This document shows positions 16,032 to 26,239 of a stretch of DNA of 64,000 nt, in pieces. Under the pieces are notes generated by a model. That model saw only the letters and a list, made by a program, of their open reading frames with translations, made no database searches and was not told the origin of the DNA. Each line of letters begins with the position of its first letter. The first letter of the stretch is position 1. Source of the stretch: Pararhodobacter sp. (GTDB taxonomy: Bacteria; Pseudomonadota; Alphaproteobacteria; Rhodobacterales; Rhodobacteraceae); NCBI GenBank assembly GCA_020832665.1, contig JAFIEG010000013.1, positions 414 through 64,413 of the forward strand, written 5' to 3'. Made by a program: the position numbers and the translations under genes.

Positions 16032-17207
16032 TTGGCCGACCGCCCGCTTCCCGTTGCCGCCTTTCTGGTGCCGCTGGCGGTGTCGCGCGCGCCCTCGGCG
16101 GGGTTTGCGGCGATGGGCATCGCCTGGGGCGCGCTGATGGCCAGCATGCCCGACATCAAGGCGCAACTGGGCGTTGGCGACGGGGCGCTGGGCGGGTTGC
16201 TGCTGGTGGCGGCACTGGCGGCAATCGCCATGATGCTGCTGGCGCCGGGGCTGGGCCGGCGGCTGGGCCCGGCGGCGCTGCCGGTGGGCACCTTTGCCAT
16301 GGGGCTGGCGGTGATGCTGCCCGCGCAGGACTGGGGGCCGCTTTTCTTTGTCGGTGCGATGCTGGCCATGGGTGGCAGTTCCGGCGCCGCCGAAGTGTGG
16401 TTCAATGCACGAATCAGCACGCTCGAGGCCGGCCGGCGCATGGCGCTGATGAACCTCAACCATGCGCTTTATTCCTTCGCCTATGCCGGCGCTGCGGCGC
16501 TGGCGGGGCTTGCGCGCGCCACCGGCTGGAGCCCGCAGGCGATACTGGGCGCCGCCGGGCTGGCGGTGCTGTTACTGGCGCTGGCGGCGGTGGAGCGCGG
16601 CGAGCGCGAAGCCGAGGCCGGCAGCGGCCCCGGCGCGGGTGGGGGTGGCTGGCGGCTGGCGCCGGTACCGCTGCTGGCCGGGGCGCTTCTGCTGGTGGCC
16701 TTTCTGGCCGAGAATGCCGCCGAGGCGTGGTCAGCGCTTTATATCGAGCGCGATCTGGGTGCGGGCACCGGTGCCGGTGCCGCCGGCCCGGCGCTTCTGG
16801 GCCTGACCATGGGGGTTGGCCGGCTGGCCGGGCAGTTGATGGCCTCCAGGCTGGGCGATCAGGCGCTCTTGCGCATCGGGCTGTGGCTGGGGGCGGCGGG
16901 CGTGGTGGTGGTGATTGCCGCTCCCGGCCCTGCGGTGGCTTATGCAGGTTTCATCGGCCTGGGGCTGGGCATCTCGGTGCTGGCGCCCACGGCGCTTTCG
17001 GTGGCCGGGCGCCTGGCGGCGCCGGCAGCGCGCGCCCATGTTATCGCCCAGGCCACGGTAATCGGCTATCTGGGGTTTTTTCTGGGCCCCGGCATGCTGG
17101 GCATGGTGGCTGAGTTGGGCGGGCTGCGGCTGGCCTATGGGGTGGTGGCGCTGGCGCTCATGGCGGGGCTGGCGCTGCGGGCCAGGCTGGCGCGGCACGA
17201 GGGCTGA
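16032..17207 (+). CDS. MFS transporter
   Basis: About 12 predicted hydrophobic helices. The long ORF 15168..17207 is antisense to rplY at its 5' end. A TTG at 16032 sits 6 nt after AGGAG (16021-16025) and is the proposed start. ATG 16113 is the alternative. Confidence 0.65.
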   Translation: MADRPLPVAAFLVPLAVSRAPSAGFAAMGIAWGALMASMPDIKAQLGVGDGALGGLLLVAALAAIAMMLLAPGLGRRLGPAALPVGTFAMGLAVMLPAQDWGPLFFVGAMLAMGGSSGAAEVWFNARISTLEAGRRMALMNLNHALYSFAYAGAAALAGLARATGWSPQAILGAAGLAVLLLALAAVERGEREAEAGSGPGAGGGGWRLAPVPLLAGALLLVAFLAENAAEAWSALYIERDLGAGTGAGAAGPALLGLTMGVGRLAGQLMASRLGDQALLRIGLWLGAAGVVVVIAAPGPAVAYAGFIGLGLGISVLAPTALSVAGRLAAPAARAHVIAQATVIGYLGFFLGPGMLGMVAELGGLRLAYGVVALALMAGLALRARLARHEG

Positions 17208-17327
17208 GCGCCGCGTGAATGGGTAAACAATATCGCCCGCCAGACGCACCACTGCGCATTTTCATTTGACCAGCGCGCGGGCGGGGCGTATTTTATTTGA
17301 ACGGGCGTTCAATAATGGGAGGAAGGG

Positions 17328-18491
17328 ATGTTCACCGCATCCATGCGTTTCGATCTGGGCGAGGATGTCGAGGCCCTGCGCGAGTTGGTGCATCGCTGGG
17401 CGCAGGAGCGCGTCAAGCCGATGGCGGCCGAGATCGACAGCAGCAACGACTTTCCCCATGCGCTGTGGCGCGAGATGGGCGAGCTGGGTCTTCTGGGCAT
17501 CACTGTCGAGGAAGAATACGGCGGCACCAATATGGGCTATCTGGCCCATACCGTGGCGGTTGAGGAAGTGGCGCGCGCCTCGGCCTCGGTCAGCCTGTCC
17601 TATGGCGCGCATTCCAACCTTTGCGTCAATCAGATCAGGCTCAACGGCACGCAAGAACAGAAAGAAAGATACCTGCCGAAACTGGTGAGTGGCGAGCATG
17701 TCGGCGCACTGGCCATGTCCGAGGCCGGGGCGGGCTCGGATGTGGTGGGCATGAAGCTGCGCGCGGTGAAGAAAAACGACCGCTACATCCTCAACGGCAC
17801 AAAATACTGGATCACCAACGGCCCCGATGCCGATACGATGGTGGTTTACGCCAAGACCGACCCCGATGCCGGCTCGAAGGGGATCACTGCCTTCCTGATA
17901 GAGAAGACGATGAAGGGCTTTTCCACCAGCCCCCATTTCGACAAGCTGGGCATGCGCGGCTCGAACACGGCCGAACTGGTATTCGAGGATGTCGAGGTGC
18001 CGTTCGAGAACGTTCTGGGCGAGGAAGGCAAGGGCGTGCGCGTGCTCATGTCGGGGCTCGATTACGAGCGCGTGGTGCTCTCGGGCATCGGCACCGGCAT
18101 CATGGCCGCCTGCCTGGACGAAGTGATGCCCTACATGGTCGAGCGCAAGCAGTTCGGCCAGCCGATCGGGAATTTCCAGCTCATGCAGGGCAAGATCGCC
18201 GACATGTACACCGCGATGAATTCGGCGCGCGCTTATATCTACGAGGTGGCGCGCGCCTGCGACCGGGGGCAGGTGACGCGCCAGGACGCGGCGGCCTGCG
18301 TGCTTTATGCATCGGAAGAAGCAATGAAACAGGCGCATCAGGCGGTGCAGGCGATGGGCGGCGCCGGCTTCATGAACGACAGCGCCGTCAGCCGGCTGTT
18401 TCGCGATGCCAAGCTGATGGAGATCGGCGCCGGCACCAGCGAGATCAGGCGCATGCTGGTGGGGCGCGAGATGATGGCGGCAATGGGCTGA
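17328..18491 (+). CDS. ivd: Isovaleryl-CoA dehydrogenase
   Basis: 387 aa acyl-CoA dehydrogenase. ..YGAHSNLCVNQI..NGT..QK.KYLPKL.SGE.. pattern is typical of IVD. RBS GGGAGGAAGGG lies upstream. Context with mccB/mccA. Confidence 0.9.
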   Translation: MFTASMRFDLGEDVEALRELVHRWAQERVKPMAAEIDSSNDFPHALWREMGELGLLGITVEEEYGGTNMGYLAHTVAVEEVARASASVSLSYGAHSNLCVNQIRLNGTQEQKERYLPKLVSGEHVGALAMSEAGAGSDVVGMKLRAVKKNDRYILNGTKYWITNGPDADTMVVYAKTDPDAGSKGITAFLIEKTMKGFSTSPHFDKLGMRGSNTAELVFEDVEVPFENVLGEEGKGVRVLMSGLDYERVVLSGIGTGIMAACLDEVMPYMVERKQFGQPIGNFQLMQGKIADMYTAMNSARAYIYEVARACDRGQVTRQDAAACVLYASEEAMKQAHQAVQAMGGAGFMNDSAVSRLFRDAKLMEIGAGTSEIRRMLVGREMMAAMG

Positions 18492-18528
18492 ACGCGCCGG
18501 GGCGCATGAGGCGGCAAGGGAGGCGGCG

Positions 18529-19038
18529 ATGCGGCATTGGGGCGGAATGCGCCAGACGATGGCGGCAACGGCGCTGGCGGCTGCCCTGCCCGGCGCCGCC
18601 TTGGCCGACGAAGTCGCGTTTTCCGCCGATTACACGAATGCATGCCTGGAAGAGGGGGGCTGGAGCGATTGTATCGGTCTGGCCGCGCAGCGCTGCATGG
18701 AGTTCACCCCCGGCGGCTATTCCACCTACGGGATGAATGCCTGCATCGATGCCGAGCGGCAGTGGTGGGATGATCGACTCAACGCAAGCTACCGGGCGCT
18801 GCGCGAGATCGAGCGCGCCACTGATGCCGATGCACCGCCGGGCCAGCCCTCGCTTGCCGATGCGCTGCGCGAGATGCAGCGCGCCTGGATCGGTTTTCGC
18901 GATGCCAGTTGCAATTACGAGGTGCTGCAATGGTATGGCGGCACCGGTGCCGGTACGGCATGGCAAAGCTGCCAGATGCGCCTGACCGCCGAACAGTCGC
19001 TGGTGCTGCAATCGCATCTGAACGAGCGCCAGCCATGA
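18529..19038 (+). CDS. Secreted DUF1311 / LprI-family (lysozyme-inhibitor-like) protein
   Basis: Signal peptide ..AATALAAALPGAALA. Motifs ..WWDDRLNASYRAL.. and ..QRAWIGFRDASC.. match the DUF1311 pattern as I remember it. Confidence 0.65.
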   Translation: MRHWGGMRQTMAATALAAALPGAALADEVAFSADYTNACLEEGGWSDCIGLAAQRCMEFTPGGYSTYGMNACIDAERQWWDDRLNASYRALREIERATDADAPPGQPSLADALREMQRAWIGFRDASCNYEVLQWYGGTGAGTAWQSCQMRLTAEQSLVLQSHLNERQP

Positions 19039-19059
19039 CGGCGCCCGGATCGTGACAGG

Positions 19060-19458
19060 ATGCAGGCCATGATGGAAGTGCACCGCGCCATTGTCTTGCA
19101 GGACCATCTGCCCGTGCTGGCCGATGCACTGGCCTGGGTCATTCTGGCAATCGAGCTTTTCGGCGCGCTGATCCTTTTCGTCGGGCTGGGGCGTTTCGTG
19201 CTGGCCTATGTGGGCAGCGAGCTTGCCGGCGGCTCGGGGCCGGAGCGGCACTCGCGTGCCAATCTCGGCCGCATCCTGCTGGCGCGTTACATCCTGATGG
19301 CGCTCGAGGTCTTCATCGTCGCCGATCTTCTGATGATCCTTTTGTCTATGTCGATGCAGAACCTGCTGTTTCTGGGGCTGCTGGTGCTGATCCGCTCGGT
19401 GGTCAGCTACTTTCTCGAGCATGAGCTAAAGGCGATTCGCGAGGATGGAAAGCCATGA
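19060..19458 (+). CDS. Small membrane protein (DUF1622-like)
   Basis: 132 aa with 3-4 hydrophobic helices. Its stop overlaps the next start (ATGA). Family name from memory. Confidence 0.55.
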   Translation: MQAMMEVHRAIVLQDHLPVLADALAWVILAIELFGALILFVGLGRFVLAYVGSELAGGSGPERHSRANLGRILLARYILMALEVFIVADLLMILLSMSMQNLLFLGLLVLIRSVVSYFLEHELKAIREDGKP

Positions 19459-21047
19459 CCCCGCCACCCCGGCCCATGCGCCCCCTGCTGCCCGCCAGCG
19501 GCGATCACGCCACCCTGCGCGCGGGCTTTCGCTGGGCGCTGCCCGCGCGGCTTAACATGGCGCGGCAGGTCTGCTTCGACTGGCTCGATCAGCCCGAGCG
19601 AACGGCGATCATCGACCTGTCCGGCAATCGGCGGCGCGATGTCAGCTATGGCGCACTCGCCGGCATGGCCGGTGGGCTGGCCGCGCATCTGGCCGCGAAG
19701 GGTGTAAAGCGCGGCGACCGGGTGGGCGTGCTGCGCGGGCAGGATCCGTTCTGCGCCGCGGCGCATATCGCCATCTGGTCGCTGGGCGCCATCTCGCTGC
19801 CGCTGTTCAAGCCCTTCGGGCCCGATGCCCTGGCCGCAAGGCTGGGTGATGCCGGCGCGCGCCATGTCGTCACCGACAAGGAAGGCGCCGAACGCCTCGC
19901 CGCCGTCAACCTGCCGCTTGCCCCCATTATAGCCGAGGAAACCGCGCTCGATACCGCCGCCGCCCCCGATATCGCCGACACCGCCCCCGACGACCCGGCG
20001 GTGCTGATCTACACCTCGGGCACCTCCGGGGCACCCAAGGGTGCGCTGCATGGCCACCGCATCCTCACCGGGCATCTGCCCGGCGTCGAAATCAGCCATG
20101 ACCGGCTGGGCCAGCAAGGCGATGTGCTCTGGACCCCGGCCGACTGGGCCTGGATCGGCGGTCTCTTCGATGTGCTGATGCCGGGGCTGGCCATCGGGGT
20201 GCCGGTGGTGGCGGCGCGCATGGCCAAATTCACCCCCGAGGGCGCGCGCGAGATCGTTCGCGCGGGCACCGTGCGCAACGTCTTCTTCCCGCCGACGGCG
20301 CTGAAGATGCTCAAGGCCGAAAGCATGGCGCTGCCGGGGCTGCGTTCGGTTGCCTCGGGTGGCGAACCGCTGGGCGCCGAGATGCTCGAATGGGGGCGGC
20401 AGGCCTTCGGGCTGCAGATCAACGAATTCTACGGCCAGACCGAATGCAACATGGTCGCCGCTTCCGCCGCCTCACTGTTTGCACCGCGTTCGGGTTGCAT
20501 CGGCAAGCCGGTGCCCGGCTTCGAGCTGGCGGTCCTGGGGGCCGATGGCGCGCCGCTTGGCGAGGGCGCGGAGGGCGATATCGCGCTGCGCCGCGGCGCC
20601 GCCTCGATGTTCCTTGGCTACTGGAACCGCCCCGATGCCACCGCCGGAAAGTTCAGCGGCGACTGGATGCTGACCGGCGATCGTGGGCTGTGGCAGGCGG
20701 GTTATCTGCGCTTTGTCGGGCGCGAGGATGACGTGATCACCTCAGCCGGTTATCGCATCGGCCCCGCCGAGATCGAGGATTGCCTGATGCAGCACCCCGA
20801 TGTGGCACTCGCCGCCGTGATCGGCGTGCCCGACCCGGCGCGCACCGAGCGCATCCGCGCCTGCATCGTGCCACGCCCCGGCGCCCGGCCCGACGCGGCG
20901 GCACTGCAAGACCATGTCCGCACCCGGCTTTCGGCGCATCTGGTTCCGCGCGAGGTGGTGTTCATGGACAGCCTGCCAATGACCGTCACCGGCAAGATCA
21001 TCCGCAAGGAATTGAAGCGCATGGCCGCCAAGGAAGAAACGCAATGA
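19455..21047 (+). CDS. AMP-dependent acyl-CoA synthetase/ligase
   Basis: AMP-binding motif [13 protein letters not shown], ..[10 protein letters not shown].., C-terminal ..TGKIIRKEL... ATGA overlap with mccB. Confidence 0.85.
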   Translation: MTPPPRPMRPLLPASGDHATLRAGFRWALPARLNMARQVCFDWLDQPERTAIIDLSGNRRRDVSYGALAGMAGGLAAHLAAKGVKRGDRVGVLRGQDPFCAAAHIAIWSLGAISLPLFKPFGPDALAARLGDAGARHVVTDKEGAERLAAVNLPLAPIIAEETALDTAAAPDIADTAPDDPAVLIYTSGTSGAPKGALHGHRILTGHLPGVEISHDRLGQQGDVLWTPADWAWIGGLFDVLMPGLAIGVPVVAARMAKFTPEGAREIVRAGTVRNVFFPPTALKMLKAESMALPGLRSVASGGEPLGAEMLEWGRQAFGLQINEFYGQTECNMVAASAASLFAPRSGCIGKPVPGFELAVLGADGAPLGEGAEGDIALRRGAASMFLGYWNRPDATAGKFSGDWMLTGDRGLWQAGYLRFVGREDDVITSAGYRIGPAEIEDCLMQHPDVALAAVIGVPDPARTERIRACIVPRPGARPDAAALQDHVRTRLSAHLVPREVVFMDSLPMTVTGKIIRKELKRMAAKEETQ

Positions 21048-22648
21048 AACTGACCTCCAACGCCCTCACCGGCTCCGACGAATTCCGCGCCAATCGCGCC
21101 GCGCATCTCGAGCTGATCGCAACCATCCGCGAGGCCGCCGCGCAGGCCGCCGCCGGCGGCGGCGAAAAGGCCCGCGCCCGCCATGCCGAACGCGGCAAGA
21201 TGCTGCCGCGCGAGCGCGTTGCCAACCTGCTCGATCCCGGCTCGCCCTTTCTGGAGATCGGCACCACCGCTGCGCATGGCATGTATGGCGCCGCCGCCCC
21301 CGGCGCGGGGCTCATTGCCGGCATCGGCCGCGTTCACGGCCACGAGGTGATGGTCGTGGCCAATGATGCCACCGTGAAGGGCGGCACCTATTACCCGATG
21401 ACGGTGAAGAAACACCTGCGCGCGCAGGAAATCGCCCAGCAAAACCACCTGCCTTGCGTCTATCTGGTCGATTCGGGCGGCGCCAACCTGCCCCAGCAGG
21501 ACGAGGTCTTCCCCGACCGCGAGCATTTCGGGCGCATCTTCTACAACCAGGCCAATATGAGCGCGCAGGGCATTCCCCAGATCGCCGTGGTCATGGGCTC
21601 GTGCACCGCCGGCGGCGCCTATGTGCCGGCGATGTCAGATGTGTCGATCATCGTGAAGAACCAGGGCACGATCTTCCTTGGCGGCCCGCCGCTGGTCAAG
21701 GCGGCGACGGGCGAAGTGGTCACGGCCGAGGATCTGGGCGGCGGCGATGTGCATACGCGCCTTTCGGGCGTGGCCGATTACCTTGCGGAAAACGATACCC
21801 ACGCCCTGGCACTGGCGCGCCGCGCCGTCAGCCACCTCAACCGCCGCAAGCCCGAAAGCGTGCAGATGGCAACGCCCGAGGATCCGGCCTATGACCCCGA
21901 GGAACTGCTCGGCGTGGTGCCCGCCGACCTGAAACGCCAATACGACATCCGCGAGGTGCTGGCGCGTGTGCTCGACGGCTCGTGCTTTGACGAGTTCAAA
22001 CCCCGTTTCGGCGAAACCCTGGTCACCGGCTTTGGCCACGTCATGGGCATGCCCGTCGGTATCGTGGCCAATAACGGCGTGCTGTTCAGCGAATCCGCGG
22101 TCAAGGGCGCGCATTTCGTCGAGCTGTGCAGCCAGCGCAAGATCCCGCTGATCTTCCTCCAAAACATCACCGGCTTCATGGTCGGGCGGAAATACGAGAA
22201 CGAGGGCATCGCGCGCCACGGCGCCAAGATGGTCACCGCCGTCGCCACCACCGCCGTGCCCAAGATCACCCTCATCGTCGGCGGCTCTTTCGGGGCGGGC
22301 AATTACGGCATGGCCGGGCGCGCCTATTCGCCGCGCTTTCTGTGGAGCTGGCCCAATTCGCGCATCTCGGTGATGGGCGGCGAACAGGCGGCGGGCGTGC
22401 TGGCCACGGTCAAGCGCGACGGCATCGAACGCGGCGGCGGCACTTGGTCGGCCGAGGAAGAGGCCGAGTTCAAACGCCCCACGCTCGAGATGTTCGAGCA
22501 CCAGTCGCACCCGCTCTACGCCTCGGCACGGCTTTGGGATGACGGCATCATCGACCCGCGCAACACCCGCCAGATCCTCGCCCTTTCGCTCTCGGCGGCG
22601 CTCAACGCCCCCATCGAGGAAACCCGCTTCGGCGTCTTCCGCATGTAG
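21044..22648 (+). CDS. mccB: Methylcrotonoyl-CoA carboxylase, carboxyltransferase (beta) subunit
   Basis: Start at ATG 21044 ([18 protein letters not shown]..) inside ORF 20780..22648. Carboxyl-transferase motifs ..[14 protein letters not shown].. and ..[11 protein letters not shown]... Confidence 0.9.
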   Translation: MKLTSNALTGSDEFRANRAAHLELIATIREAAAQAAAGGGEKARARHAERGKMLPRERVANLLDPGSPFLEIGTTAAHGMYGAAAPGAGLIAGIGRVHGHEVMVVANDATVKGGTYYPMTVKKHLRAQEIAQQNHLPCVYLVDSGGANLPQQDEVFPDREHFGRIFYNQANMSAQGIPQIAVVMGSCTAGGAYVPAMSDVSIIVKNQGTIFLGGPPLVKAATGEVVTAEDLGGGDVHTRLSGVADYLAENDTHALALARRAVSHLNRRKPESVQMATPEDPAYDPEELLGVVPADLKRQYDIREVLARVLDGSCFDEFKPRFGETLVTGFGHVMGMPVGIVANNGVLFSESAVKGAHFVELCSQRKIPLIFLQNITGFMVGRKYENEGIARHGAKMVTAVATTAVPKITLIVGGSFGAGNYGMAGRAYSPRFLWSWPNSRISVMGGEQAAGVLATVKRDGIERGGGTWSAEEEAEFKRPTLEMFEHQSHPLYASARLWDDGIIDPRNTRQILALSLSAALNAPIEETRFGVFRM

Positions 22649-22650
22649 AT

Positions 22651-22725
22651 GAAAACCGCGCCTCTTCATCTTGCCTCAGATACGCCGGGGGGAGTCCGCG
22701 CAGCGGACGGGGGGCAGCGCCCCCC
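22651..22725 (+). repeat. Family B intergenic element, best copy
   Basis: GAAAACCGCGCCTCTTCATCTTGCCTCAGATACGCCGGGGGGA-GTCCGC-GCA-GCGGAC-GGGGGGC-AGC-GCCCCCC. It fills the 101-nt mccB-mccA spacer. Confidence 0.8.
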
Positions 22726-22749
22726 AACCGGCCCAGACAGGAGCCACCG

Positions 22750-24681
22750 ATGTTCCACAAGATCCTCATCGCCAACCGGGGCGAAATCGCCGCCCGCATC
22801 ATCCGCACCGCGCGCTCGATGGGCGTGGCCACCGTCGCCGTGCATTCCGAGGCTGACGCGCATGCGCTGCATGTGGAAATGGCCGATCAGGCCGTGCCCA
22901 TCGGCGGGCCGCGCCCGGCCGACAGCTATCTGCGCGGCGAGCGCATCATCGAGGCGGCGCTGGCCACCGGCGCGCAGGCCATTCACCCGGGCTATGGCTT
23001 TCTCTCCGAGAACCCCGATTTTGTCGAGGCGGTCGAGGCGGCGGGGCTGGTCTTCATCGGCCCCTCGGCGCAGGCGATCCGCGCCATGGGGCTCAAGGAT
23101 GCCGCCAAGGCGCTGATGCAAAAGGCCGGCGTGCCGGTGGTGCCGGGCTATCACGGCGCCAATCAGGACCCCGAGCATCTGGCGGGTGCGGCCGATGCCA
23201 TCGGATATCCGGTGCTGATCAAGGCCGTTGCCGGCGGCGGCGGCAAGGGCATGCGCCGGGTCGATGACCCCGGCGATTTCGCCGATGCGCTGGCCAGCGC
23301 CATGGGCGAGGCGGCGACGGCCTTCGGCAATGACACGGTGCTGATCGAGAAATACATCGAGAAGCCGCGCCATATCGAAGTGCAGGTCTTTGGCGATGGC
23401 CAGCGCGCCGTGCATCTTTTCGAGCGCGACTGCTCGCTGCAGCGCCGCCACCAGAAGGTGATCGAAGAGGCCCCGGCGCCGGGCATGACGACCGAGATGC
23501 GCGCGGCGATGGGCCAGGCGGCGGTGCGCGCGGCCGAGGCGATCGGCTACAAGGGCGCGGGCACGGTGGAGTTCATCGTCGATGGCGCGCAGGGGCTGCG
23601 CCCCGACGGCTTCTGGTTCATGGAGATGAACACGCGGCTGCAGGTCGAACACCCGGTAACCGAGGCGATCACCGGCATCGATCTGGTCGAATGGCAGCTG
23701 CGCGTGGCCTCGGGCGAGCCGCTGCCCTGCGCGCAGGAGGATCTCGCCATCAACGGTCACGCCTTCGAGGCGCGGCTTTATGCCGAGGATGTGCCGGCGG
23801 GCTTTCTGCCCGCCACCGGGCGCCTGGCGCATCTGGCCTTTCCCGCCGGCGCGCGCATCGATACCGGCGTGCGCAAGGGCGATGCGATCAGCCCCTGGTA
23901 TGACCCGATGATCGCCAAGATCGTCACCCACGGCCCCACCCGCGCAGTAGCGCTGGGCCGGCTGGCGGCGGCGCTCGACGGCACCGAGGTGGCCGGCTCT
24001 GTGACCAATCGCGATTTCCTGGGCGCGCTGGCGCGGCATGCGGGTTTCGCCGCCGGCGATGTCGATACCGGCCTCATCGCCCGCGATATCGAGGCGCTGA
24101 CCGCCACACCCGCGCCGGGGCAAGAAACCCTGGCGCTGGCCGCACTGACCGCGCAGGCCTTGGGGGAAGGCGGCGCGCTGGAGGGCTTCACGAACTGGGA
24201 GGCTCTGCCGCAAGCCGTAGTGCTGGAAGCGGGCGATTCCCGCTTTGATCTGCGAATTGCCCGGCGCGATGGCGGCGGCTGGCGCGTGGCGCTGGGCGAG
24301 GCGGTGCTCGATGCCGAGCACCGCGCGGGCGGCTGGTGGATCGGCGGGCAGCGGCTGCCGGCCCGGGCGGTGCGCAGTGGGGCGGGGGTGTCGGTCTTCG
24401 GCGCCGTGACCCATCATTTCATCCTGCCCGACCCTCTGGCCGTGGCCGCCGACGCCGGCGCGGCTGCGGGGGTGATCAAGGCGCCGATGCCGGGCGTGGT
24501 CAAGGCCATCTTCGTCAAGCCCGGCCAGGCGGTAGTCAAGGGCGCGCGGCTGGCGGTGCTGGAGGCGATGAAGATGGAACACACCCTGGCCGCCGGGCGC
24601 GACGGGGTGGTGGCCGAGGTGCTGGCCGGCGAGGGCGCGCAGGTCGAGGCCGGCGCCGCGCTGATCGCGCTGGAGGAATAA
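22750..24681 (+). CDS. mccA: Methylcrotonoyl-CoA carboxylase, biotin-carboxylase/BCCP (alpha) subunit
   Basis: MFHKILIANRGEIA.. biotin carboxylase N-terminus, ATP-grasp region, C-terminal biotinyl motif ..LEAMKMEH... Confidence 0.9.
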   Translation: MFHKILIANRGEIAARIIRTARSMGVATVAVHSEADAHALHVEMADQAVPIGGPRPADSYLRGERIIEAALATGAQAIHPGYGFLSENPDFVEAVEAAGLVFIGPSAQAIRAMGLKDAAKALMQKAGVPVVPGYHGANQDPEHLAGAADAIGYPVLIKAVAGGGGKGMRRVDDPGDFADALASAMGEAATAFGNDTVLIEKYIEKPRHIEVQVFGDGQRAVHLFERDCSLQRRHQKVIEEAPAPGMTTEMRAAMGQAAVRAAEAIGYKGAGTVEFIVDGAQGLRPDGFWFMEMNTRLQVEHPVTEAITGIDLVEWQLRVASGEPLPCAQEDLAINGHAFEARLYAEDVPAGFLPATGRLAHLAFPAGARIDTGVRKGDAISPWYDPMIAKIVTHGPTRAVALGRLAAALDGTEVAGSVTNRDFLGALARHAGFAAGDVDTGLIARDIEALTATPAPGQETLALAALTAQALGEGGALEGFTNWEALPQAVVLEAGDSRFDLRIARRDGGGWRVALGEAVLDAEHRAGGWWIGGQRLPARAVRSGAGVSVFGAVTHHFILPDPLAVAADAGAAAGVIKAPMPGVVKAIFVKPGQAVVKGARLAVLEAMKMEHTLAAGRDGVVAEVLAGEGAQVEAGAALIALEE

Positions 24682-24718
24682 TAGCCGATCCAATTGATCA
24701 GCTCGGCGGCAATGTCCC

Positions 24719-24738
24719 GCCCGTGCGCCAGCACGGGC
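24719..24738 (+). terminator. GC hairpin GCCCGTGC-GCCA-GCACGGGC 38 nt after the mccA stop; candidate terminator
   Basis: Perfect 8-bp stem with a 4-nt loop. No U-tract. Confidence 0.3.
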
Positions 24739-24750
24739 AGCGCGCGACCG

Positions 24751-24784
24751 CCCCGTCACGCCGGAGGCGTGCCTGCGGCACGAC
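24751..24784. repeat. Family A unit: CCCCGTCACGCCGGAG + GCGTGCC-TGC-GGCACGAC hairpin
   Basis: Near-identical to 4653-4686. The stem CGTGCC/GGCACG is kept and the loop differs. Confidence 0.7.
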
Positions 24785-24877
24785 GCGGGCGCTTCGCTTC
24801 CGCCCGCGGTCGGTCGCCGCCCGCGCTTGCCGAAGTGATCAAACGGAAACCGTTTAAGGGGCAAGGCGCCGGGGCGC

Positions 24878-26239
24878 TCAGCGCGCGCTGACGGCAAGGC
24901 GGATGCCGTGGCGGGCGCGCACGGTGAGACGCGCGACGGGTTCGGGCACGGCGCCGGGGATGGGCGCGAAGCGCAGGCGACGGGCGAGCATGGCCAGCAT
25001 CAGCGGCCCTTCGAGCATGGCGAAACCCGCCCCGGTACATACGCGCGGCCCGCTGGAGAAGGGGATGAAGCCCTCGCGTGCCGCCTTGCGCCCCTCGCCC
25101 GTCTGCCATCGGCCCGGGCAGAAGGCATCGGGGTTTTCCCACAGCCGCGTGTGACGGCCCAGATGCCAGGGGCTGATGACGATCTGTGTGCCCGGTTTCA
25201 GGGCGCGGTTGCGGAAGGTTTCGGGCTTCGTGGTTTCGCGCACCATCATCGGCACCGGCGGGTAGAGGCGCAACGCCTCGCGGAAGGTATCGCGCGCCAG
25301 GATCAGGCGGCTGGCATCGGCGAAGGCGGGGCTGTCGCCGAGCGTGGTTTCGGCCTCTGCCGCCAGCCGGTCCTGCAGCGCGTCGTCGCCGGCGATCAGA
25401 TAGAGCGTCCAGGCCAGCGCCGAGGCCGAGGTCTCGTGCCCGGCCAGGAAGAAGATCGCCACCTGATCGACCATCTCGGCGGTATCAAAGGGCTTGCCGT
25501 CCTCGGGGTCAGGGGTTGTCATGATCTTGGTGGCGAGGTCATCGGGCGCGCGGCCCGCCGCGATATCTCGCGCGCGCGCCTCGGTCATCGCGGCAATGAG
25601 GGCGCGGATATGGCCCGCGGTGCGCAGTGTCTCGCGGCGATGGAAGCGCGGGAACCAGCGCGGCAGGGGCAGGAAGGCGGCCAGGTTCAGGATCGGCTGC
25701 GTGGCCTGATGGGCGCGGAAGGCGCGAAAGACTTCGGCCGCCGTTTCATCCTCGATCGGCACGGAAAAGAGCGTGCGGAAGATGACATCGGCGGCGGCGT
25801 GGCTCATCTGTTCCTCAACCTCGACCGGGCCCCGCCCGGCGGCGCGGGCCATGCGCGCGCAAGCCGCCTGGCTCGCGGCCAGCATCGCCGGGAAGGTGTC
25901 GCGCAGCCTTCCGCCCTCGAAAGCCGGGTCGATGATGCGCCGCTGGCGGCGCCATTCGGCGCCATTGGTTACGAAAACCGACCTTCCCAGCAGCGGCTCG
26001 AGCCCGGCACGGATGCGGTTCGACTTTGGAAAGTCTTCGGGGCGCTCGTTCAGTACCAACCGCCACAGCGCGGCCTCGTTGATCAGGCAGGAGCGAAAGA
26101 AGGGGGTGCGGAAATCGGCCATCTTGGCGCGGTACAGGCGCTCGGGCAGCGCCGAAAGGATGTCGCGCCGGAAGAGGCGGATCAGCGCGGGCAGGCTGGC
26201 GCGGCCCTCGCGCGCGGGCGGTTTTGGGGGCAGGCTCAC
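24878..26239 (-). CDS. Cytochrome P450
   Basis: Heme loop FSSGPRVCTGAGFA and K-helix EALRLYPPVP. The proposed GTG start at 26239 overlaps the upstream TGA (GTGA, 26236-26239). ATG 26284 is the alternative. Confidence 0.85.
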   Translation of the reverse strand: MSLPPKPPAREGRASLPALIRLFRRDILSALPERLYRAKMADFRTPFFRSCLINEAALWRLVLNERPEDFPKSNRIRAGLEPLLGRSVFVTNGAEWRRQRRIIDPAFEGGRLRDTFPAMLAASQAACARMARAAGRGPVEVEEQMSHAAADVIFRTLFSVPIEDETAAEVFRAFRAHQATQPILNLAAFLPLPRWFPRFHRRETLRTAGHIRALIAAMTEARARDIAAGRAPDDLATKIMTTPDPEDGKPFDTAEMVDQVAIFFLAGHETSASALAWTLYLIAGDDALQDRLAAEAETTLGDSPAFADASRLILARDTFREALRLYPPVPMMVRETTKPETFRNRALKPGTQIVISPWHLGRHTRLWENPDAFCPGRWQTGEGRKAAREGFIPFSSGPRVCTGAGFAMLEGPLMLAMLARRLRFAPIPGAVPEPVARLTVRARHGIRLAVSAR

